A stretch of DNA of 64,000 bases, from positions 8,804,001 through 8,868,000 of the forward strand of contig OX597835.1 of the NCBI GenBank assembly GCA_951406725.2, read 5' to 3'. This document shows, piece after piece, positions 27,823 through 41,606 of the stretch. Under the pieces are notes generated by a model. It saw only the letters and a program-made list of their open reading frames with translations, searched no databases and had not been told where the DNA came from. Numbering within the stretch: position 1 is the first letter of the stretch; every line of letters starts with the position of its first letter. Both the position numbers and the translations under genes were made by a program. The stretch is from Octopus vulgaris (taxonomy: Eukaryota).

Positions 27823-28061
27823 TACATTAAAAGGCCCCTAAATAAAGAAGCAAGTACTAGATACACAAAAAGGGGATAAATTCATGAAATGGAATGAAAA
27901 TTAAAAACGTTTACCAACTCAGCTAAACTTCTACTGCCGTTTCGTCTATTTTTTTTTAGCAAATGAATATAATTTATCTGCCAAGCAGCCTTTGTAATCC
28001 GAGAAGTACATATCATTAGAAGCACGTGCAAATCTACCCTATTTACTATGTTTTTTTATAT

Positions 28062-28121
<60 letters not shown>

Positions 28122-29029
28122 TATATACATATATATATACATATATATACATATGGATTTTTTTTAATGCAATCATTTACAAAACTGCTACAGATATTGT
28201 TCATTGTGAAGCTATCAGAACTTGCTTTCCAATAAATTTTTCGCAACAAAACATGTAATGAGTGTCATTATACATTCGTCTTGACAACTTCCTTTGTATT
28301 AATTTGCAATATAATCGTAATTTGCTACATTTTTGCTAGAAAGTTGTAAAAGTTTTCACTGAAAAATTCGTGTTATTCAGAACGTTATCAGGAAACAAAA
28401 TCTCACGTAAAGCGTTTGAATCTCCTCCCTCCGTCCACCCAAAAACAAATCTTCCTTCATAGGAAACTAATATAATATGAACCTACGCCTTCTGAAGCAT
28501 ATTTGTAGAAAACCTCATTAAAAATAAGCATTTATCTGATAATTACGAAGAAAACATTCCTTGGGACATATTTGCGTGTGCATGTGGACAGATTATGGAA
28601 TCGATCCTAAGATTACTTTGCTTTTATAAATCTACATATCACTTTGCTTCGCTTCACTTCCATTTTGTATGTAACAATAATTAATTAATTTTTCGTTCAC
28701 ATCAAAAGTGTGAAAATGCAGTGAATGAGATGGGTTCAATTTTTCACTAAATATTAATGTAAATATGATGATACTAGTCACGTTGATATTATTGAATAAC
28801 AAATACTAACTATATTAAAACTGTATCACACACACACATATATATAGATACAAACATGCATACATATATACATTTGTATATATAGAAACATACACACATA
28901 TATACAGACATATATATTATTTCATGTTATATATATATATATATGTGTGTGTATGTGTTTGTGTATACACAATCATACCTACATACATTCATGCAGACAT
29001 ACATACATGCATTTATGCATACATAAATA

Positions 29030-29437
29030 CATAAATACATGCATACATACATATATACATACATACATACATACATACATACATACACACATACATACAT
29101 ACATGCATGCATACATACATACATACATACATGCATACATACATACATACATACATACATACATACATACATACATACATACATACATACATACATACAT
29201 ACATACATACATACATACATACATACATACATACATACATGCATACATACATACATACATACATACATACATGCATACATACATACATACATGCATACAT
29301 ACATACATACATACATGCATACATACATACATACATACATACATACCATACATACATACATACATACATACATACATACATACATACATACATGCATGCA
29401 TGCATACATAGATACATACATACATACATACACATAC
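29030..29437. repeat. (CATA)n tetranucleotide microsatellite with CATG variants
   Basis: direct reading. Confidence 0.95.
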
Positions 29438-29592
29438 GTAGGAAGTGAAATATTCTTGAAATAATGATTTCGAAAAATATTTTTTAAATTTTAAAAAGTT
29501 GATATCACGAATAAAATTTTGCGACACAATTTCTAAATTATTGACATATTTAAAACAACGGAATACACAACCATTTGAATAAATATACATAC

Positions 29593-29755
29593 AGGCGCAG
29601 GAGTGGCTGTGTGGTAAGTAGCTTGCTAACCAACCACATGGTTCCGGGTTCAGTCCCACTGCGTGGCATCTTGGGCAAGTGTCTTCTGCTATAGCCCCGG
29701 GCCGACCAATGCCTTGTGAGTGGATTTGGTAGACGGAAACTGAAAGAAGCCTGTC

Positions 29756-29803
<48 letters not shown>

Positions 29804-30022
29804 GTGTGTATGTGTGTGTGTTTGTCCCCTAGCATTGCTTGACAACCGATGCTGGTGTGTTTACGTCCCCGTCACTTAGCGGTTCGGCGAAAGAGGCCGA
29901 TAGAATAAGTACTGGGCTTACAATGAATAAGTGCCGGGGTCGATTTGCTCGACTAAAGGTGGTGCTCCAGCATGGCCGCAGTCAAATGACTGAAACAAGT
30001 AAAAGAGAGTAAAGAGAGAGTA
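29593..30022 (+). mobile_element. SINE family A, full length
   Basis: AGGCGCAGGAGTGGCTGTGTGGTAAG head through GAAACAAGTAAAAGAG tail. Confidence 0.92.
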
Positions 30023-30371
30023 TACACCATACAATGTATTAGGCGCTTCCTTGGGTGTATATTCATAACACACATAAGAGTGTGTGTGTGTGGGTGTGTG
30101 TGCGTGTACGTGCGTGTGCGTATGTGGGCATCCTTTCTCTCCAAATCGATGTGTGAGTATCCACTTTTGTAGACTTCTCTCTATAACCTGTTATAGAGAA
30201 CCTAATGTCTTGTATGTTACGGTAGTATGTGTGCTTGTACAGTATATTCGATAATGAATTTACTGAAGGAAGATTATATCAGGTCTACCGTTATAATTCA
30301 CATTTTATATTTTATACTTGCAAATCTTTGTTTATAGATTAAAAATAAGCATCACTAAAATAAGATCAATG

Positions 30372-30412
<41 letters not shown>

Positions 30413-31477
30413 GTACTTGCTAATGATTCCCATGTTGCTCTTAATGTTTGGCTAAATTGTGCTATGACTCATAGTTTGGTGCGATTAATACATTTAAAAT
30501 ATATTCAATATAATTCGCATAGATATGTATATATATATATAACGAGAGAGAGACAGAGAGAGAGAAATATATGTATATATATATATGCATGTGTGCGTGT
30601 ATGTTTGTATGTGTGTGTGTGTATGTGTAAGGGAAAGCTGAGTGTGACAGAGACATACAGACAGTTGAGTGGAAGGTTCTGAGAGAATAAACCTTAAATA
30701 GAGAAAAAGGAGGAAAGAGAAAGAAAGGAAGAAAGAAAGAAAGAAAGAAAGGAAGAAAGAAAGAGTTTCAAACATTGTGTTCTGCATATTAACGTTTGAA
30801 AGTAACTTAATAGATTATTATCCATTACACAAGAGGGCATTTTTGTTGAATAATATCCTATATTTATGAAGGAAACAGCGGTTCAGTGTAACAGCAAATT
30901 TTTATTTCATTGTCTGTGAAGTTTAGTATGGATTCATTGGCATCAAAGGAAGATAATCTGAAAGATCAAAGCAGAAAATCACGATAATGATCGATAAATT
31001 TCATTTTTATCGTTTGAGTGCTTCTAGACTTTCTTCAGGGAAACGCATTCTTGGATAAGTTCACAAAGCTGTTGTTATCATAAAGTTGGAATCAAAACCT
31101 TGTTGGTTGGTTTGTTGGTGAGTTACTCTACTTGTGTGTGTGTCGGTGTGTATGGTTGTGTGTGCGTGCGTGTCTCTGTGTTTGTACGTGTGTGTGTTTT
31201 GAAAATGGCGAATATGTATCTATTCATTTTGTATGTGCGTGTTATCATTACAAACTATAAATATATATTACTCCTCTAGAATAACGTTCGATATAAATAT
31301 ACTTCAGCAGAAGAGACAGTGCTAACCATTGGATTACGAAAAGTCCTACATTCTTAAACATTCAACTCCGTTAGTCGCAAAAATCATTTTGCCTAATCAA
31401 ATTGTATAAAGCCGCTGCTTCACTGAATATCTTATGATACTTTGTGCTGTTTGATTAACAAAGTAATACAGAAACGA

Positions 31478-31862
31478 GTGGAGGCGCAATGGCCCAGTGG
31501 TTAGGGCAGCGGACTCGTGGTCATAGGATAGCGGTTTCGATTCCCAGACCGGGCGTTGTGAGTGTTTATTGAGCGAAAACACTTAAAGCTCCACGATGCT
31601 CCGGCAGGGGATGGTGGTGATCCCTGCTGTACTCTTTCACCACAACTTTCTCTCACTCTTACTTCCTGTTTCTGTTGTACCTTGTATTTCAAAGGGCCGG
31701 CCTTGTCACTCTCTGTGTCACGCTGAATATCCCCGAGAACTACGTGAAGGGTGCACGTGTCTGTGGAGTGCTCAGCCACTTACACGTTAATTTCACGAGC
31801 AGGCTGTTCCGTTGATCGGATCAACCGGAATCCTCGTCGTCGTAACCGACGGAGTGCTTCCA
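31478..31862 (+). mobile_element. tRNA-derived SINE family C, full length
   Basis: A box TGGCCCAGTGG, B-box-like GGTTTCGATTCC; 12-bp TSD TAATACAGAAAC (31464-31475/31863-31874); near-identical copy at 56358. Confidence 0.92.
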
Positions 31863-32086
31863 TAATACAGAAACAAATTAACGACACATCTAAATGAATA
31901 TTGAATTCCAGCATTATGATTTTGTTGTGGATTGGATTAGTTTTATAGTCTTACTAGTGTACTCTTTGTAGACATTAAAAGGTTGCGATGATGTGGTTTA
32001 CGCAATCATATCGACCCCTGGATTCATTAGAATTCCGTACACTTTATCGATACTCTCCATAGACCTAAATTGATGTATATATATAT

Positions 32087-32170
<84 letters not shown>

Positions 32171-32173
<3 letters not shown>

Positions 32174-32590
32174 TGCAGGAGTGGCTGTGTGGTAAGTAGC
32201 TTGTTTACCAGCCACATGGCTCCAGGTTCAGTCCCACTGCGTGGCACGTTGGGCAAGTGTCTTCTACTATAGCCTCGGGTCAACCAAAGCCTTGTAAATG
32301 GATTTGGTAGACGGAAACTGAAAAGTAGCCGGTTGTATATATGTATATTTATACATATATGTGTTTATGTGTGTGTGTTTGTTTGGATGTCTGTGTTTGT
32401 CCCCCTAGCATTGCTTGACAACCGATGCTGGTGTGTTTACGTCCCCGTCACTTAGCAGTTCGGCAAAAGATACCGATAAAATAAGTACTGGGCTTACAAA
32501 GAATAAGTCCAGGGGTCGAGTTGCTTGATTAAAGGCGGTGCTCCAGCATGGCCGCAGTCAAATGACTGAAACAAGTAAAAGAGTAAAAGA

Positions 32591-32593
<3 letters not shown>
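32171..32593 (+). mobile_element. SINE family A inserted in (TA)n
   Basis: full head-to-tail match; (TA)n on both sides. Confidence 0.92.
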
Positions 32594-32650
<57 letters not shown>

Positions 32651-32802
32651 AACTTATAAGTAAGGGCTAAAGAAAATTATTTCAATACCAATATGCTGAT
32701 AACAGACTATTAAATCGTCAATTTCCACATATAATTTACTTCTAAGTTGTTTATAATTTTTTTCTCTAGAGAAAATAAACTTCATCCTACATTAGTAGTA
32801 GA

Positions 32803-32845
<43 letters not shown>

Positions 32846-33180
32846 TACATTGTAATATTCCTGTTCTGGGAGGGATTTTTCTCCCACCTCAAACTCCTGG
32901 ATTCATTTCCCATATTCTTTCATGCACCTGTGTTAATAATGCACTCTTGCGTTTGTATATAAATGTAAATCTTTCCCAAATAAGATTGTAATTCACGTTT
33001 GAAGCTCCGATGATGCTTTTGGGTGATAGGCAAGCTTTGAACTATGAGTGCATTGAATGTTATAGCAGAAATAGCTGTAACCCAATGACGTTCCTGACAT
33101 AACTTTTCTGTTCTTTTGTCATCGCAAATTTCTTATCAACGCCCTGTACTTCACTGACGTTTCGTTCTAAATACATATAC

Positions 33181-33395
33181 ATAACAAATACATAATACAT
33201 AACTAAAACACCAGGGCTTACATACACATATAACATACAGAAAATTGCACTACTGGGCACTGCACACATCCTACGCAGAACACTTTCCATACAATAACCA
33301 TCAGAGCATCACAACAAATCACAGCACATACCTAAGGCACACAGAGCTGCGCTCGGTAGTGAAGTGAAAGCACGCTATAAAAAATAAAACTACTG

Positions 33396-33396
<1 letters not shown>
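33181..33396 (+). mobile_element. 3' end of an R4/Dong-like (restriction-like endonuclease) LINE
   Basis: YITKTPGLTYTYNIQKIALLGTAHILRRTLSIQ*, then 3'UTR running into (TAA)n. Confidence 0.75.
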
Positions 33397-33484
<88 letters not shown>

Positions 33485-33570
33485 CAATAATAATGATGAT
33501 GATGGTGGTGGTGGTGGTGATGATGATGATAATGATGATGATGATGATGATAACAACAACAATAACAACA
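33397..33570. repeat. compound (TAA)n/(TGA)n/(TGG)n/(CAA)n microsatellite
   Basis: direct reading. Confidence 0.95.
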
Positions 33571-34394
33571 ACAAAAATAAAAATAACGATAATTATAACA
33601 TATGGAGAGAGAGATAGGGGCAAGATATAGATAGAGGTACGGATATGAATTAGGCAAGAATAACATTATTATCATGAAAAGGGGACATTATTTTCAGCGT
33701 TAGTGTCATCAACATCATCCATCTTCATCACCATCCTCCTTTCCATCATCATCATTGTCATCGGTTGATGCATGGTTGATGCATGTTTGCAGTGAGTGAG
33801 GCTATAGTGCAGTAAAAACAGTTCGGCATGATATATGCTGCCGTAAATTCTGTTGTATCTAAATAGCCAAGCTCCGAATATTAAAAGCTACGACATGTGC
33901 ATATGGATATTAATACGTCAGAAAGATGTTGCTCAAGTTGCTCTTTGCCGTTTCCTGCCTTAAATTCCGTTAGAAATTTCTATGGAGCTGCTCTGAGCAA
34001 GCAATTATTTGCTTACTTCATTTATTATCTTTTTGGCCTAGAGTATCAAACCCCAGCAGCAAGCATTTTCGATGATGTATAACGTTTAGATATCACTGCG
34101 TATCAAACATTCAGTGTATCTCTGTGTGGGTGTATGTGTATGTGAACATGTTTATATAGATGGATGGTTGAATGCATGTGCATGATTGTGCATTTCTCTA
34201 TATAGACCCAGCTGTCGTTAATGGAATAATTCTTTCTGTCAATATGATATATAAACAGATAAAAAACACAGTGATAAAACACAAGTAAACACATATTACT
34301 TTATTAATGATATTTAAAGACAGCATATTTCTGGATAGCCGCCACCCACATATATGAGTTTAAATATACATCTACGAGCGAATGTGTATATATA

Positions 34395-34607
34395 CAGGGT
34401 GTCCCAAAAAAATGCATACATACTTTAGCAGCTGATAACTCATTTGATATTTTTTTCTTTCCAGATGAAAACTATATTATTTAATGATGGCAGTCAGATT
34501 AAGCGTTGAACAAAGAAAATCCATTCTAAAATGATACTGGAAGTGTGAAAATGCAGTTGAGGTGCAAAAACAGTTAAAGTATGCATACATTTTTTTGGAA
34601 CACCCTG
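34395..34607. mobile_element. Tc1/mariner-type MITE
   Basis: about 33-bp TIRs CAGGGTGTCCCAAAAAAATGCATACATACTTTA / TAAAGTATGCATACATTTTTTTGGAACACCCTG; TA on the left flank. Confidence 0.85.
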
Positions 34608-36104
34608 TTTATATATATATAAATTGCTTGACGACACAAGGCACGTTATATAATGAATTACCATGTTTCCACGATATGGCACTAATATTAACTCTGTGCA
34701 GGGGTGTTTGTACCTGATATTCCAGCCGTGTGTGCAAAAAACCGCAACCCAGCTAAGTGAAGATACTAGCCCTTGTACTTTTTATACAGGGACTCTCTAT
34801 AGCATTTCCGAAGTGCAAATTCCAAATCAGGTGAAAAGAATATAAATAAGTAACAAAGATGTATAGACAAATTCCTCTCAGTGAACATATAGAAAAATGT
34901 GCAGGTAACACCGAACCGAATTTCACAGTCCTCCCTTTCTACCAGTGCGAAGACACAGTCTCTCAACTAGAACGTTTAAATAAAGAATTTTTTTTCATTG
35001 AAAGATACAGAACACGTCTTAATATGCACGCATAACCAACTTTTATTTTTTTTACATATTTCAATTCACGATTACATCACTATACATAAATCCCCTCACT
35101 AAACAAGACTCTTCTGTCTGACTGGAATTGTATATATCGCTTTCGAAGTTATAAACATGAGAGTAGGGTTTAAATTTAATACTTATTGGAAAGTAATCAA
35201 ACATAACAAATTATTTTTACATTAGTGTTACATTATTTTCTAGAATTGTATTTAGACAGGAGATAATATTTTGACTGTTATCAGATACTTGAGTGACGGC
35301 GGTTTCGGTAGTTTGTAGACATCTTATTTTTTTGATGTCAGAATGATTCAGATTAATTAAAAATTATTAGACATGATCGCAATATATTGTAGTTAATGTT
35401 AGTGTTTTAATATAGCGATATGTGCAACGTTCTCTGAATTGCTAAAAGCTCGTCCAGCATAACGGCTGTCAAGGACAGCTGTCAGTTTTCCTGTATGATA
35501 TAAGAATAGGTTCTTCCACCAAATGTTATCTTTTGTTTATTGTCTTTACCTTCATTAATACTATGTCATATCCGTCGCTTTGCTGCCAGTAAAAACTATT
35601 TGCTCATCATGCATGTACATTCTTTTAATAATAGTGAAATTCTCAAAATTATTTAATGACAAAACATCAGTATATCTATCTATCGATCGATCGATCTATC
35701 TATCTGTCTTTCTATATATATGTATGTATGTAAATATACATACATTCATTCATTCATATATATATATATATATACACAAAATATACATGGTAAAAAAATT
35801 AGAGAAATTTTCTGCTAGTGGCTAGCATGCATAAAAGAGTCAACAGACAACATATTTTTTATATAAAATCAGTGTACATTTATACACCAAAACAGGTGAG
35901 ATTATCAGGCCACTTTACGTGCTAAAAAGAGCAGTCAAATCCCAAACCATGGTTAAGAGTAATTTCGAAGGAAATGAAAAATAAAAAACATTTTCTATAG
36001 CTACCACATGTACCTATGTCTCGAGCATTGTCAGACATGCACTGATAATTCCTGCGATTTTATTCAAAACTGTTAGGTACTATGTTGTCAGCAGTACCTA
36101 TTTA

Positions 36105-36280
36105 TGATCCCTATTGATCAACTCACCCCTTTTTTTATCCTCCCCTTTTTTTCTCCTCTTTCTTTCCTTTTACGATCCCTTTTGATCGAAAACCAACCCC
36201 CTTTTTTACCCCCAAAAGAAAAGCTCTACCTTGTAATTTGTTCTGTCTGTGTGCAGCCCTGTGTGGCTAATAAAGAAACA
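36105..36280 (+). mobile_element. probable LINE 3'UTR end resembling the SINE-B tail
   Basis: ends CTGTGTGCAGCCCTGTGTGGCTAATAAAGAAA then (TATC)n; SINE-B ends CTGTGTTTAGCCCCTTGTGGGTAATAAAGAAA. Confidence 0.5.
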
Positions 36281-36357
<77 letters not shown>

Positions 36358-36358
36358 C
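36281..36358. repeat. (TATC)n microsatellite
   Basis: direct reading. Confidence 0.95.
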
Positions 36359-38110
36359 TATACATATATATATATATTTCCCACACGCACACATCCTCTC
36401 TCAATATTATTTCTCGCTCAAAACAACCTTTCTCGTCCCTTTTTAAAAATACATTGTGACATATATTTTGATTCTTCTCTTTTCTTCCCTCCCTGAAAAC
36501 AGATGTTATGACCTGATCCGCTTCTCAATGTAGCCTATCAAAATCTTAGTACGGTAGAGGGTCGTTCCGAATGATTTTTTCCCTTAACATTACATAACAG
36601 ATAGGCTCTTGACGGTTCGTCTTCTGTAGAAATAATTTCTACCAACCGAGACCATTCAGCGTGCGGAATATATTTTTAATGCTGCAATAATTTCAAGGGG
36701 GAGGGGGGTCTTGGTAGAATCGCCTCCACCATTAACGCACTTGACTTAAGGTCTTTTACTATTATATTTCTTTCATCTACATTCTTCATTCGACTTGGTC
36801 TGAGATTGGACTAACATTAATGAAATGAAATATATTCTAATTATTATTCAGAAATTAATAACGCTGAAATGGCGGATATGGTGGTTTTCTATCTTTAAAA
36901 AATGTCTGTATTTATTTAAAGCAGGCAGCAATGTGTTGAGAATTCCCTGGATTCAACTTTATCACTCTTTCTTCAACTTTTAATTTTATATCATATTTGA
37001 ATTCTAACGGGAAACTATATAACACAGCGAACACTTTGAAATGGCACGGTGATGGAACACAACACGTTCCCATTTACCGAAATGGTTCCTTCTATCATAC
37101 GGAGAGAATACGCTTTTATAACGAAAAATGGATATTATATATGAGAGTTCTCGAAATTATGAGCAAAACCTATAAGTGATGCTTCATAAAAGATAAAGGA
37201 GCTATTTTGGAAATACGTTGTAGAGAGACTCTGATGTGTTATGCAATAATTCACTTGACATATTATAACGTGTGACATATGAAGATTGAAAAATGACAGG
37301 GTGGTGCTTAACTTTTTATATTATGCAGCTTTGAACACAATATTTTAAAGAGAAAAACATCAATGTTTACTTAATTATAAAAAAACGTTGACATTTTCAA
37401 CATAAATATTTACATATCAGCTTTGTAATCCCAACGAATCCTTTTCCATGGAATTATTACCAGCAATTGCGCGATTTAAAAGAAAAATCCTTATACGTAT
37501 ATATCTGATAAATTTTATATTTTTACTCTCTTTTTTTCTGACAGCCTGTTATTCCATACAAACAGGTATTTGTTTATTCAATTCTTTCCTTTAACCCCGA
37601 TAGTTATTTGAATGTGTGACATTTTCCTTTTCCGTATAAGTCAAAAACAAAGAGCAGGTAATAAAAGTAATAACATTCATGATGTTACAAATAGTGTAAT
37701 AGCTACTTTCATTACACTATATCACCATAAACCTGAAACAAATCAAGCGAAACTATAGAATACATCATCAGCCAATGACCAAACATAGTATGAAACACGA
37801 ATGAGAAAACAACTTAAAACATGGCTGTATGAAAAACCCGAAACTGGTGTCAGGTAAATCACTTCTAAGGAAGCCATGTCTCTCTAAGATAAATGAAGAA
37901 CGTCGCAGTTTCTCCCATGCAACACCACATTCAGCCATACTAACACTCGTTTCAGCATATATATATATATGTGTGACTGTAATGTGTATGTACGGAGAGA
38001 AATACATACATACACACACACACACATAACACTGACTTGACAAGTATGATACTATGCCTACCCCCACACACACACCCCTTTAAACTAAATGTATAAACAC
38101 ACTTGTTAAC

Positions 38111-38214
38111 TAGCTTCCTGAAGATTTCTCTTGAATGAAACATATAGAAGCTCCTTCTATATATAAATATATATGTATTGAGTACCTTATTTACTGTGGT
38201 TAACCCCGAATCAA
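38111..38214 (+). mobile_element. second copy of the 20875-21007 HHR element (stem I intact, stem III deleted)
   Basis: AGCTTC-CTGAAGA-TTTCTCTTGAAT-GAAAC-ATATA-GAAGCT; shared tail TATGTATTGAGTACCTTA.TTACTGTGGTTAACCCCGAATCAA. Confidence 0.75.
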
Positions 38215-38280
38215 AATATATATATATATATAAATATATATATTTATATATATATATAAAAGAATAAAAGATTAAAAGAA

Positions 38281-38339
<59 letters not shown>

Positions 38340-38575
38340 TAAAACGGTAAGATAACAAAAGAAAGAAAGAGACCTCAATATTATGTAAATAGAGGAAATT
38401 TATCTATACAATTATATGCTACGTTACTCGATAGTCAAGATAAAACTCTGAGTTTCAGATGCCGAAGTGGGAATCCACGACATCTCTTCGGAGAGATGTC
38501 GTGGATTCCCACTTCGGCATCTGAAACTCAGAGTTTTATCTTGACTATCGAGTAATGTAACATATAATTGTATAT
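38340..38575. mobile_element. HHR-bearing short element with perfect 64-bp fold-back, flanked by (TA)n
   Basis: arms 38424-38487/38492-38555 exact, extending with 2 mismatches to about 38405/38574; arm reads AGA-GATGTCG..CGGCATC-T-GAAACTCAGAGTT-TTATC. Confidence 0.75.
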
Positions 38576-39186
38576 ATATATATATACTCATATATAAGTG
38601 TATGTTTCTGTATGTGTTTTTGCGCATGCATCCATCTATGAAGGAAGGTCAGAAAAGTAGAGGAAAATATATTGGTATATATAGGTCTTTATACATCAAT
38701 GTAAAAGTCGATATTTGTGTGTACATTTCCAGACTTAGATGTCTCCATCTAAATGCAGAGAACACATAACTTTTTACCGAATAACAATATTTGTTGAAAA
38801 ATGGTTATATGTTTTAACATGTCTTAGTAAATACAAATAAAAATTCTAAATTGTTAATATTGTTTCAAAGTAGTTTCTGCCATTCATTTTCTTTCCTGTT
38901 ACTGTGTATGAAAAAATAAACACAGAATTTTTGTGTTCAGTTGTCTTTGCAACATAGAAGCCCAATATGTTATAAATATAGACGACATGGTGTGCATAGA
39001 AAAAAATGAATTACAATTCATGCAAAAAGGAATAAGCAAACGTTTATTCTTCTGTATTTTTAAAGCATTTCGCAGACGATAATAATAGGAATAGGCGGTC
39101 TTATATTTTTTAATGTTTTTACATTTCTAGAATTGTAGACAATTCTCTAATGAATATTCCGGAAACAACAAACGATTTTTCGTGCA

Positions 39187-39250
39187 AATAATAATAATGA
39201 TTATAATAATAATAGTAATAATAATAATAATGATTATAGTAATAATACTA

Positions 39251-39287
<37 letters not shown>

Positions 39288-39288
39288 C

Positions 39289-39373
<85 letters not shown>

Positions 39374-39654
39374 ACAACAACAACAACAACAATAATAATA
39401 ACAATAATAATAACAACAATAATAATAACAACAACAACAGTAATAATAATAATAACAACAATAATAATAATAACAACAACAACAACAACAACAACAATAA
39501 TAATAATAATAATAATGATAATAACAACAATAATAATAATAATAACAACAATAATAATAATAATAATTATAGTAATAATTATAGTAATAATAATAATAAT
39601 AACAATAATAACAATAATAACAACAACCACAACAATAATAATAATAATTATTAT

Positions 39655-39690
<36 letters not shown>
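39187..39690. repeat. about 500-bp (TAA)n/(CAA)n microsatellite
   Basis: direct reading. Confidence 0.97.
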
Positions 39691-39691
<1 letters not shown>

Positions 39692-40106
39692 GGAAGGCAA
39701 GCAAAAGTAACATGAACCACGACAACTGCGAAATTTATGAAAATACTAATAATTGTTAGTTATTAAATTATGAACGTTAGAATAATTTACTGTATAGTAT
39801 AAACAACAACTAACCATGTACACGTCTATAGGAGATTTTATGAAACGACACGGATGTGGAATTCAGTAGAATGAGCTAAATCGAGTAATATATGCAGTAG
39901 GTAGTTGGCGACGTAGTACATGCCAGATTCCATCTACGCATTAAATTATCTTCGATGAAACGTAGCACTTACTGCAAAAAGGGACGAAAAGCTGAGTAAA
40001 CGTTTATAGTGAGTCTCAAATAAAAGAGACAGCACGGCACCTACAGTAAGGAAACTGGTTGCAAAATTAGATCTACTTATATAGGATTATCCAAACTATA
40101 TTCTGT

Positions 40107-40515
40107 TACTCTTTTATTCTTTTATTTGTTTCAGTCATTTGACTGCGGCCATGCTGGAGCACCGCCTTTAATCGAGCAACTCGACCCCGGAACGTATTCT
40201 TTCGTAAACCCAGTTCTATCGGTCTCTTTTTGCCGAACCGCTAAGTGACGGGGACGTAAACACACCAGCATCGGTTGTCAAGCAATGCTAGGGGGGGGGG
40301 GGGCAAACACAGACACACAGACACACACGCATATATATATATGCATATATACGACGGGCTTCTTTCAGTTTCCGTCTACCAAATCCACTCACAAGGCTTT
40401 GGTCGGCCCGAGGCTATAGTAGAACCCACTTACCTAAGGTGCCACGCATTGGGACTGAACCCGGAACCATGTAGTTGGTAGACAAGTTACTTACCACACA
40501 GCCACTCCTGCGCCT
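40107..40515 (-). mobile_element. SINE family A with long flanking direct repeat
   Basis: family match; exact 32-bp direct repeat at 40067-40098 and 40530-40561. Confidence 0.9.
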
Positions 40516-41106
40516 ATATATATACAAACTTAGATCTACTTATATAGGATTATCCAAACTAGCCTCATAGGAAATACTGGCAAAGGTTATTAATAAGGAA
40601 AAATATCAATCCGCAATAAAGCAAATAAGAACAAAATTTGTATGAAAGTTATGTGACATTATTACATCAGGTTTTATTATATAAAAACCAAGAGTCAGCG
40701 GAAATATCAAAGTAAACCGGAAGCACGATACTCCTAAATAGTTATCCTTCATTATGAAGGGAAAATGTAATACGATTTCATATAGAACGAATTTAAAACA
40801 CAAAGGAAGTTAATTCAGTGCTAGTACGGAGATATTCAACAGAATATTTGTTAGGTATGGAACGTGAAAATATGGGAATAGAAAATGTAAGAGATTGTTC
40901 GTCGGTGAATATGGCTGACGAGGGCGAGCGTACAATTTTTTCAAGAAGCACTTTAGTTTTTTATGCACTAAACGCATTTGATAGACGTAGAACTGTCGAA
41001 AATGTCTGGTTCTGCAGACATCTTGAGAACCAAGGGAAACAACATTTCTTGTCAGAGGTGTGTATTTATCCATCTCGCAATACCTTTGTAGCAACCATTT
41101 GTGTGT

Positions 41107-41151
<45 letters not shown>

Positions 41152-41539
41152 TGTGTGTGTGTGTGTGAGTGAGTGTGTGTGTGTGTGTGAAATAAGGTTT
41201 ACAGCTTCATGCAATATAAAACCAAAAAGGAAAATTCCAATTGTCACTAATTGTGATTTAGTGTTGTGGGTAGCACCTATATTGCTAGAAAGAAGAACTA
41301 AAACCTATAATATTGCAAGGAAGCACATTTTCATATATTGACATGGGAGATAACCTCTCCAAATATTTAGGGTTGTCCATGTATCTAATGTTCACCCTAG
41401 AGTTAAGAGGAATTTTTATCTTATGTTTGTTGCCCTCACACTCTTCACCAGTATATACACAGTGAAGTTTTACTATAGCGACGTAAATGTATCGACTGCT
41501 ATTTCCAGTAAACATAGGTGTCTTTTGTACAACTACTCC

Positions 41540-41606
<67 letters not shown>

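Noticed and set aside
28927-29845. Long ORFs (MYVC/HTYI repeats, up to 288 aa)
   Set aside because: Translations of (CATA)n plus antisense SINE-A; the same applies to all YI/IY/CV/TH-rich ORFs in the track.
31501-31779. 92-aa ORF duplicated at 56381-56659
   Set aside because: Antisense reading of two SINE-C copies that have TSDs; no protein motif.
33005-33082. HHR-like CCGATGA-TGCT...AGCA-GAAATAGCTGTA
   Set aside because: Core is mutated, stem I is unconvincing, and there is no second copy in the window to confirm.
39127-39720. Poly-Ile/Leu/Tyr ORFs of 105-197 aa
   Set aside because: Translations of the (TAA)n microsatellite.
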